From positions 142,442,868-142,475,725 of the forward strand of contig NC_068981.1 of NCBI RefSeq assembly GCF_001194135.2: a stretch of 32,858 nucleotides of DNA, read 5' to 3'. The stretch comes from Octopus bimaculoides (Eukaryota). The notes under the pieces are model-generated. The model was not told the DNA's origin. It worked only from the letters and a program-made list of their open reading frames with translations, and ran no database searches. This document shows positions 24,745 through 32,858 of the stretch, in pieces. The position numbers and the translations under genes are program-made. The first letter of the stretch is position 1; each line of letters starts with the position of its first letter.

Positions 24745-25159
24745 TCTTTTACTTCTTTCAGTAATTTGACTGCGGGCTGCTGGAATAGCGCCTTTGGTCG
24801 AACAAATAGACCCCAGGACTTATTCTTTGTAAGCCTACTACTTATTATGTCGGTCGTTTTGCCGAACCGCTACTTTACGGAAATGTAAACACACCAGCAG
24901 TGGTTGTCAAGCGAGGTTGGTGGGGTCAAACATAGACATACGCACAAACATATACATATACATACATACCAATATATATATATGTATGCATAAACATCGG
25001 GCTTCTTTCAGTTTCTCTCTACTAAATCCACTCACAAGACTTTGGTCGGCTCGAGGCTATATCAGAAGACAATTGCCCAATGTGCCAGGCAGTGGTACTG
25101 AACCCGGAACCATGTGGTTGATAATAAGCTTCTTGCCACACAGGCACTACTGCGCCTGC
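24745..25159 (-). mobile_element. Full-length tRNA-derived CORE-type octopus SINE with internal (CA/TA) microsatellite
   Basis: Minus-strand head GCAGGCGCAGTAGTGCCTGTGTGGCAAG (A box) then GGTTCAGTACC (B box), then CORE-like CACATTGGGCAATTGTCTT. An internal simple repeat lies at about 24930-24990 and the tail ends in an A-rich stretch. Confidence 0.85.
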
Positions 25160-26090
25160 TTATAAATATTTATATGCATATGTGAAGAATCCTTGAATTG
25201 CTTAAATTTTGGATTATTTGGTACCGTAAGCAGATGTTATCCTATAACAATATTCGTAAGTACCAATATTTCTATTAAAAATAAACAAAAATTTAAACGA
25301 TATTGTTACCTACTTTTCAATATTCTAACATGCCCGAATATCCTTGCCTCTCCCCATGCAATATTTAGCAAAACAATTATTTTTTGTAATTTGCTCACTT
25401 TATTTGCTGTCGTTACCCTTATTTCAGATTTTTATTTGTTTTGTTTCTTTCCAACTGACTCATCATAATCAACTTAAATACAATTGTCGATTTCTACATA
25501 TCTTCTATGCCAACATTATAAACTCAAAATGTTAAAGGCTCAAGACTAGTGCACAATAACTACAACAACGTCAGTCGAAAAAGTCAATACACGCCACAAT
25601 GTCGACACAATACACCCACAATAATATCAACTTGTCTGACAGTGAAATCGACATTCTCGTTAACGCATGGTTCATCGTTTCTCAAAATAAAAACAACTAT
25701 GCCTCATGCATAAATCTCAATGTCAAAAGAGTTGTTTACCTTTTTAAAAGCCATGAGAGATAAATTCAAAATGAAACCTGATGCCCCTATATCTCTTTCA
25801 GTACACCAGATTCCCTCCACCTCTCTTTCTTCTTTTTCTCTTTTTTTCAGGTGTTGTGCATCTTAGTACTTTATACAAGTTCCTTATTATTATAAATTGA
25901 AGCAAATCTACTGCTTTCGAACCGTACCATAATTAACTGTGTGGATAAAATCTCGTTCAAATCACGCCCTGCGACGAGCAACAGCAACAAAAACAAATAT
26001 CTCAACAACAATCAGAACTTACCACGACAGCAACCACAACAAAGGCTGCAGCAACAAAGTCCTCTAAGCCACTATAACACAAAAGAATCA

Positions 26091-26091
<1 letters not shown>

Positions 26092-26121
<30 letters not shown>

Positions 26122-26358
26122 CTTCTTCTTCTTCTGCTTATTCTTCTTCTTCTGCTTCTTCTTCTTCTTCTTCTTCTTCTTCTTCTTCTTCTTCTTCTTC
26201 TTCTTCTTCTTCTTCTTCTTCTTCTTCTTCTTCTTCTTCTTCTTCTTCTTCTTCTTCTTCTTCTTCTTCTTCTTCTTCTTCTTCTTCTTCATCTTCTGCT
26301 TCTTCTTCTTCTTCTTCTTCTTCTTCTTCTTCTGTTGCTGCTGCTCTTGCTGCTGCTA

Positions 26359-26404
<46 letters not shown>
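26092..26404. repeat. Long (TTC)n followed by (CTG)/(CTA)n compound microsatellite
   Basis: Directly visible; source of the poly-S, poly-K and poly-E ORFs. Confidence 0.97.
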
Positions 26405-26405
<1 letters not shown>

Positions 26406-26552
26406 ACTCTCAAACTTCCTCCCCTCCTCCACGTTCTACCGCTACTACTCTTAAAATGACTTCTCTCACTGACCAAACTCCACCACTCCATCCTATATCT
26501 GCCTTTGACTAATCTCAACCACTTCTTCTTTCCCCCTTATCCACCACTAATA

Positions 26553-26884
26553 CCTCAACTTGAACGCTATCAAACTCACTTCCAGAAACTCAAAATTAAT
26601 TCCCACCAACAAAGCCATGAGCGTAATATCACTTCTATGATATGAAATATATTCCAACAATACTACCCAAATAATGTTGGTATCAACTTTACAATTCCCT
26701 GCTTAAGGCTTGCTCACAGTACCACCCGTCCTCACGTCACATCACAACACTAAGATAGAACTATGACACCAGAACTCACCCTGCTACCTTTAATACCATA
26801 CGAAGTCTCATAAGAAAAGGAAATGGTCTCATAATATTCAAGCGGGTCCTGGACAAATTATTTCCAACAATCCCAGATTCACCA
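26553..26884 (+). mobile_element. Old CR1/L2-group LINE ORF2 C-terminal remnant
   Basis: Reads LERYQTHFQKLKINSHQQSHERNITSMI*NIFQQYYPNNVGINF..THPATFN..IFKRVLDKLFPTIPDSP. This matches the pattern L-x-L-x-S-L-QRRRER..W(TGA here)K..PN..GP-x-LFN..FK-x-x-LD-x-F-x-x-x-IPD-x-P of CR1-group ORF2 ends. Confidence 0.7.
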
Positions 26885-26899
26885 GCTTCATCAGCATAT

Positions 26900-27163
26900 C
26901 ACGTGTTCACACGTGATCGCGAGACCCACCAGTCAATCACTTCGGTGGACACAATGCATTTTGCATTGTTTTAGTCTCCCAACGACGTTTGCCCAGTGGT
27001 GAGGCGGGCAGGTCAACATCCCTCCTCTTCGAAAGGGAGTCTGAGGCAACGTGAAATGACGTGTTTTGCTCAAGAATACAACTCGCCGCCAAATCACGGA
27101 TTCGAACACACGATCTAGCGATCGTGAGTGCAGCAGCCTAAACACTAGGCCTTGGAGCTTCAC
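26900..27163 (-). mobile_element. tRNA-derived CORE-like SINE, near full length
   Basis: Minus-strand head GTGAAGCTCCAAGGCCTAGTGTTT (A box), a perfect B box GTTCGAATCC, CORE-like TTGTATTCTTGAGCAAAACAC..TTTCACGTTGC, and a tail ending in CACGTG repeats. Confidence 0.85.
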
Positions 27164-27689
27164 TTAGCTTTATCTCTGCAAAACAATGACTATTCCTCAA
27201 ATGGGATATGGTAACCAAAGTGTGAGTGTACAAAACTGGTAAATAAAGTAAACCTACTGAATACTATCATACTGAATAATATCGTGTTTGTCAGTCACGC
27301 ATATGGTAGACGATACTTATCCCAAATAACTCGTAGTTGCTAAAACATAAGACTATTCTTCAACCGATGAGCAAGTATCTGTGTGTGTATATATGTGTGT
27401 GTCAGTGTGCGTATGTGTGTATGTGCATGGGTGCATGTGTGCGTACACTCGGTTAATTTTATTAAGATTTCACAATATGAATATTTTATAAATTATCATA
27501 CCCTCCAAAACTGATTAATAACATAAGTAGGTTAATAGAAAACCTTTATTACTAAAGGAAACATTCTTGCATATACTTTCTCGGAATACCTTAAACGTAG
27601 CTCTTACACAGAATCCACTTTCACAATATGCCAATCGCTGCACAAAATATAGTCATGCAAAAAAACAAAAATTCAGTTCTAAGATCTTT

Positions 27690-27870
27690 ACGGTTACGAC
27701 GATAAGGGTTAGAGTTGATCCGATCAACGTAGTTCTCCAGGAGATTCAGCGTGACACTGACTCTGACAAGGATGATATACAGGTAGTACTCACTTTGCCA
27801 GCTGAGTGAACTGGAGCAACGTGAAAGAAAGTGTCCTGGTTAAGAACACAACACGTCACCAAGAATCAAT
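27690..27870 (-). mobile_element. Head-truncated, internally deleted CORE-like SINE
   Basis: Minus strand TTGTGTTCTTAACCAGGACACTTTCTTTCACGTTGCTCCAGTTCACTCAGCTGGCAAAG shares the core with the 26900-27163 copy but has a different tail (..CGTTGATCGGATCAACTCTAACCCTTATCGTCGTAACCGT). Confidence 0.75.
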
Positions 27871-27892
27871 CTCATGGCTTTGGATCTTCAGC

Positions 27893-27958
27893 TGAAAAAG
27901 GTAACAGTAGTACCAATAATTATCGGAGCCCTGGGAACAGTGTACCAATAATTGGAGC
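27893..27958 (+). mobile_element. Short R4/Dong-type endonuclease-domain fragment (KKVTVVPIIIGALGTV) with a local duplication
   Basis: GAAAAAGGTAACAGTAGTACCAATAATTATCGGAGCCCTGGGAACAGTG is closely similar to the reverse complement of about 7790-7860 once that copy's insertion is removed. Confidence 0.8.
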
Positions 27959-28027
27959 ATAGACAGCATTAGATGAGAACATAGAATTAGATCAGAAGAA
28001 AACAACTAATCATTAAAACACATGCTT

Positions 28028-28190
28028 CGGGCACAAGGGAAGGACCACAGTACTTTACTGGTATTTTATTTTATAGACAACGCAGGGATGAAAAAGAACG
28101 TCTGAAATTCTGTGATTTGAACTCTGAAACTAAACGTCCCGGAATACTTCAAGTAATTTTTCAAAGCGCTATCTATTCCGGCCGTTCAAT
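28028..28190 (-). mobile_element. Strongly diverged copy of the AAGGCGGCG-head SINE family
   Basis: Plus strand GGCACAAGG..CAGTACTTTACTGGTATTTTATTTTATAGAC..GGATGAAA..GATTTGAACTCTGAA is the reverse complement of the family tail, body and B box. Confidence 0.6.
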
Positions 28191-28205
28191 CACTACTCTG
28201 GGTGC

Positions 28206-28207
<2 letters not shown>

Positions 28208-28259
<52 letters not shown>

Positions 28260-28267
28260 GTGTGTGT
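28208..28267. repeat. (TG)n microsatellite
   Basis: Directly visible. Confidence 0.97.
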
Positions 28268-28631
28268 AACATAAAATTCAAACTGAGATAATGAACAAAA
28301 AGAATAATAATACAAATAACATTTACACTTACACAGGAATAAATCTTCCAGAGATTTCCTGATAAATCACCCAAATCTAAATGTATCTCATCAAATAGAA
28401 TGTCCTTGCGATAATTATCAAGTTCAGTCAAATACAGCTATAATAATGTTATTACTAATGTCCATTGGTCAGTTAATCGCTGATTAGTTTGAGCTATTAA
28501 GTCAGCCGTAGCAAGAACCGCTACCACTGAAAACTGTAGAAACTTTTTGAACTTATATTTAGCTTCATAATTGTGTAATGTTTTATGTAAGCAAAGAATC
28601 GTTATTGGCGTTGTGTCTCATTACTTCTATT

Positions 28632-28826
28632 AGTTGGCAGACTCATTTGCGTGTTAGAGAAAATGCTTAGCGGTCTTTCTTTCAAATGTTTCAATACCAC
28701 CGAGTTCAACTTGCTTTCCATCATTTAGGGGTCAATAAAGTAAAGCACCTGTCAATGACTGGGGGCGATGTAATCGGCAGTTCGCTGCCCCTTAAACACG
28801 CTGGCCTTGTGTCAAAATTTGAAACC
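28632..28826 (+). mobile_element. Diverged copy of the same SINE family as 29323-29505
   Basis: AGTTGGCAGACTCATT..AAATGCTTAGCGG..GGGGTCAATAAAGTAAAGCACC..GGGGGCGATGTAATCG..GGCCTTGTGTCAAAATTTGAAACC aligns by eye to the 29323 copy. Confidence 0.8.
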
Positions 28827-28840
28827 GTTCAGTCATCTTT

Positions 28841-28925
28841 GCTTTTCATTCTTTCAAGGTCGATAAAACAAATACCTACTGAGCACTGGTATCAGTTCTA
28901 TCGTTCGGTCCCCTTCGCAACAATT
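28841..28925 (+). mobile_element. Partial body of the same SINE family, immediately downstream of the previous copy
   Basis: GCTTTTCATTCTTTCAAGGTCGATAAAACAAATACCTACTGAGCACTGG resembles the family body CTTTCATCC..GGTCGATAAAATAAGTACC..CACTGG. Confidence 0.65.
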
Positions 28926-29157
28926 TCACGTCGTTTGTCCACAGTAGAGAGGATTATTAATAGGCATCGAGCTGGCGGTGTCTTTGGCACGTCGGATAAA
29001 ATGTCATACAGCATTTCTTCCGAATCTTCAAGATCTTGTTTCAGGTCCAAGGGAGTTCAAATTTGCCTTCAACTATTTTGCGATCGATATAATAAAGTAC
29101 TAGTCAAATAATCTCGAAAAGATAATCTTTTTACCTCTCCTAATATTGATGGCAGTT

Positions 29158-29247
29158 GTGCCGAAATTTATAACCATTGTTATTATTGTTGTTGTTGTTG
29201 TTGTTATTTTTATTATCACCATCATCATCATCATAATCATCATCATC

Positions 29248-29296
<49 letters not shown>

Positions 29297-29320
29297 ATAG
29301 TAGTAGTAGTAGTAGTAGTT
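29158..29320. repeat. Compound (ATT)(GTT)(ATC)(AGT)n microsatellite directly upstream of a SINE head
   Basis: Directly visible. Confidence 0.95.
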
Positions 29321-29322
29321 GT

Positions 29323-29505
29323 AAGGCGGCGCGTTGACAGAATCATTACTGCGTAAGGCAAAACGCTTAGTGGCATTTTGTCCGTCTGTACGTTCTGAGT
29401 TCAAATTCCCCCGAGGTCGACTTTACCTTCCATCGTTTCTGCGTCGATAGAATAAGTACCGGTGAAACACTGGTGCCGATGTAATAAAATTTGAAACAAT
29501 TAATA
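29323..29505 (+). mobile_element. tRNA-derived octopus SINE (AAGGCGGCG-head family)
   Basis: Head AAGGCGGCGCGTTGACAGAATC, B box GAGTTCAAATTCC, body GAGGTCGACTTTACCTTCCATC..GTCGATAGAATAAGTACC, tail AAAATTTGAAAC. Confidence 0.88.
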
Positions 29506-30605
29506 TTAGTAGTAATAGAAACACGAATTGTGCTGACTATGCCATACAAGAGACAAATATATCTAGTTATTACTCAAATATCTTGGACTATTAGAAATTC
29601 CACCGATCATGTTGCTAGCATACCATCCTTTGTAGTGCAGTAGAGATCATTGTTCTTAATCTATATTTCGCACCATAGTGATAATTTTATTTACAGATAT
29701 TGCAATAGCTGTAATAATTACTCTACGTAATGTCTCAGTAGAATCTCTAAAACAGTAAATTTGTTTAGAATGCCAAAAAATGAAAATTCAATAGTGTTTG
29801 AAGAGCAACAACTGTAGGAATTCAGACAGACCAGAATACCTCATCTGCTTAAATGTGAGTACGCTGCATAGATTTGCAGGGAAGAGTTGCCACTAATAAT
29901 ACGGAAGATAAGCTAAGACGTTGGTCTCTCCCGCAGACAATGAATGAGAGCTGTGTATAGATTTCTTAACGGAAGCAAGGAGGAACCAGAAAGATAATAA
30001 TGAAGGGAATCTGCTTAGAAACAAGAGTAACATAGATAAAATTTTTCATTGAGTAGATGTAGAATTTGTAATCTGGAATTAAGGAAGCTCATCTAAGAGA
30101 ACAAAATTATATTCTGCATGGATAATACGTGCACTCCATATATCGTAGATAGTGTAAACTATGTATTACCATCAGCATCGTTGCTGGCATCACCACAACC
30201 GACACAACCAGCATCACAACCGCAACCCCCATCACTACCTGCGTCACCATTAGTATCACAAACGCCACCACCAGTACAACTGTCGACATCGTCGTTATAT
30301 TGTTGATGCTTCAGAAATTTAATAACTTCTTTCTTAATCTACACTCTACACGTTTGTCTAGCACGTTTTGAAAGTATCCGGTATATGAATATATTGAATC
30401 ACAGAAATATCTATGCTTGAATGGTTTGAAATTGTATCATTTTTCAGTTATATAAACTTGGTAAAATAGATAACTCCCCTTGACACAAGTCCACCTTACA
30501 TCGATAAACATACCTAGAGAGAACGATCAAATCAGCAGTAAAAATGTCCATGTGATCGGTCTTACTTTCGAAAATACTTTATAATGAAACCTATATTGCG
30601 AACTA

Positions 30606-31870
30606 TCAGGTCGTTAAGAATGAAATGTCCGATTTTGGACTGAAAGATTATTTTAATTTATTTCAACGAACAGCGATACACTTAATCAAAGAATGCACCT
30701 AATTTATCAAAACAATTTTGGAATTTTATCAGTAGCCATTCTATGCCGGTAGAGAAGACTTCTGGAGAGCAAGAGGTGATGAAATCAGGAAAGGTTGTTT
30801 TTGCAACTTCTTCAGGCTTCAAGGTTTTTCCTTGCAAAATGTTGTCTAATGCGTGGATGGTCAGTTGGTGCAAGGTCTGGTGAGTATGGTGGATGGTAGA
30901 GTACTTCCAAGTTCAGTTCCGGCAACTTGAGTAGCGTTCTTTGCGTAACATGTGGCCGAGCATTGTCTTGCAAGAGAATTGACCTGTCTCTATTGACCAA
31001 TTTCGGTTGTTTAATTGCTTGTTCACTCACCATTTCATCGAATTGGGTGATGTATGCATCCGCTGTAATTGAGTTACCAGGTCTCATGACGCTGGATGAC
31101 ACAAGCTCTGGACCACCAAACAGACGCCGTTAGCAATTTTTAATGAATATTTTCTTCTGGATTAAGTTTTCGCACTTCATCTCTATCTAACCACAGTGAA
31201 TGACGCTTACTGTTGTTGAAAAGAATCTATTTGTATCGCACGTAACAGTACTATGCAAAAGCGGTTCGCTTACAAGTCGTGATAGCGAAACACATCAAGT
31301 TTCAAGAAGACGATGCTCGTTTAGTTCGTGTAGTACCCACTTGTTCAGCTTCTTTACCTTGCCGATTTGTTTCAGATGGTCCAATACAGTTGGGATCGAG
31401 ACATCAAACCTTGCTGTTAACCAACACGTAATTTGAGATGTATCCCGCTTCCACTAATTTTCAGCTCATCATTATCCACCTTAGTCTCAGGTCTTCTGTG
31501 GTGCTGATGTTCAGGAGCAAAGTTACCAGACCAAAACTTCTCAAACCATCGACGTACAGTGCACTCAGTTGCCACATCTTCATCAAACACCTCATTGATG
31601 TTTCGAGTTGTCTGGGATACAATGGTTCCACGACGGAACTCGTATTCATAAAGAACAGGAATTTTTTTTATTTAACCATGGGTTCACAGAAACTGATTTA
31701 CAAACGAAAACTCACAATATAATCAGACACCATGAATTGCACTTCGAACAGTGATAGTGTGAAACTTCAATGTTGTAAAACAAAAAAATTGTCAGGATAA
31801 AACATGAGATTTAATGACTGTCAAACTTAGTGCATGAGAAAAATCAAACATTTCGTTCTTAATGACCTGA
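30606..31870 (-). mobile_element. Full-length decayed mariner (Tc1/mariner DD34D type, SETMAR/Hsmar1-like) transposon, 1265 bp
   Basis: 31-bp TIRs at 30606-30636 (TCAGGTCGTTAAGAATGAAATGTCCGATTTT) and 31840-31870 match 27/31. TA flanks both ends (30604-30605, 31871-31872). A transposase remnant lies inside. Confidence 0.95.
30682..31679 (-). pseudogene. Mariner transposase pseudogene
   Basis: Degenerate start at 31679. Motifs KWVLHEL (WVPHEL), TVTCD (first D), LLQDNARPHV (second D), HPPYSPDLAPTD (YSPDLAP and third D), and C-terminus CFDKLGAFFD* (stop 30682-30684). Interrupted by several indels and stops. Confidence 0.93.
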
Positions 31871-32433
31871 TACTTACATATTTAGTGTCATGCATATAAT
31901 TCGCATATACGCAATCATCATACGCAACACAAAACAGGCTATTTAGATACGTTACAGAAATTATGCAACATCTCACAACTGTTGTGTAACAAATGAACTC
32001 GCCTTCGACCAGCTTGTCATTGACAAGCTCTTCGTTAAATCGTTAATAGCTAGACTTTTGCTTCATGGTCTGAGTGGTTGAATGCGATCTCCAGCTAAAT
32101 CTATATGAGAAGAACGTTTATACTTTACTTGCCATTACTATATTGTCTTAACACGAAAATGTTCATACTGGAGAAGGTTACGTCTCGTCTATAATCAGGC
32201 CTATTGAAGTCCCTTAATTCTCCTGTAAATATAAACAAGCTAATATCAAGGGAATTACAACGACAGGTCATGAAATACTGGAAACCATGTCTTCTTTTGA
32301 TATTTCGCATCGTTAGTGATGTACTCTACAGAATGATTTTATAAAGAGGTTTGCACTAGTGCAAACAAAATTTAGGTATAGTTGAAAATTTGTACTGCAA
32401 TAGAGATTCCTGAAGCCAATTTCAAAATAGAAA

Positions 32434-32501
32434 GAAACAAACAAACAAACAAACAAACAAACAAACACACGAACAAACAAACAAACAAACAAACAAACAA
32501 A
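32434..32501. repeat. (AAAC)n microsatellite
   Basis: Directly visible. Confidence 0.95.
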
Positions 32502-32826
32502 GCGGTGGTTCGTAAATAGAAGCTACGAAATAGATGTCTCGCAGTAAACTGATCTGAGTTTAGTGTAAATAATAACACAGAATATGAGAATATTATGCAG
32601 ATTAATGTTTAGCATTATAAACTGGCGCTGTTTCAATTTGTTTCTTATGATGGAGAGAATATCCACACTCACCGAACACTCCTATATACCATTTCATCAT
32701 CTTACTAAAAGGAAATGTTTGACTGTAGTATTAGTCTGCAATTTAGACAATACTCACTCTCACTCGGTCACTTTCTATTTTATGCATATCCGAAACTTCC
32801 CTTTCTCTTTCTGTCTCCTTTTATAC

Positions 32827-32858
<32 letters not shown>

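Noticed and set aside
25560-25800. Possible Penelope N-terminal echo (NINLSDSEIDIL)
   Set aside because: One short motif with no continuing similarity.
25820-25900. Strong polypyrimidine tract with CAG acceptor at about 25850
   Set aside because: No convincing donor or recognisable open frame follows; pyrimidine runs are common here.
25941-26518. Poly-Ser, poly-Lys and poly-Glu ORFs
   Set aside because: All are frames of the same (TTC)n/(CTA)n microsatellite.
27060-27163. tRNA gene suggested by a perfect B box GTTCGAATCC
   Set aside because: No cloverleaf or acceptor stem, and it continues into a SINE core, so it is a tRNA-derived SINE head.

Overview
AT-rich eukaryotic non-coding DNA, most likely an octopod cephalopod (Octopus-like). 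This is inferred from recognisable tRNA-derived SINE families and the very high microsatellite density; the N gaps sit next to microsatellites, as in short-read assemblies. No intact protein-coding gene, rRNA, tRNA gene or CRISPR array is supported, and nearly all listed ORFs are simple-repeat artefacts or fragments of dead transposons. The window holds: a full-length decayed Chapaev3-type (CMC) DNA transposon with a TAA target duplication (17095-19878); a full-length decayed mariner with TIRs and a TA duplication (30606-31870); two further mariner derivatives; R4/Dong-type non-LTR retrotransposon pieces embedded in (TAA)n/(TAG)n microsatellites; a CR1-like LINE remnant; and about nine SINE copies, mostly clustered at 24.7-29.5 kb. 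The most interesting non-standard signal is a near-complete minimal type I hammerhead ribozyme motif on the minus strand (23491-23532) in a Penelope-like terminal repeat next to a (TA)n tract. Family assignments rest on motifs read by eye and recalled consensus sequences, not database searches.
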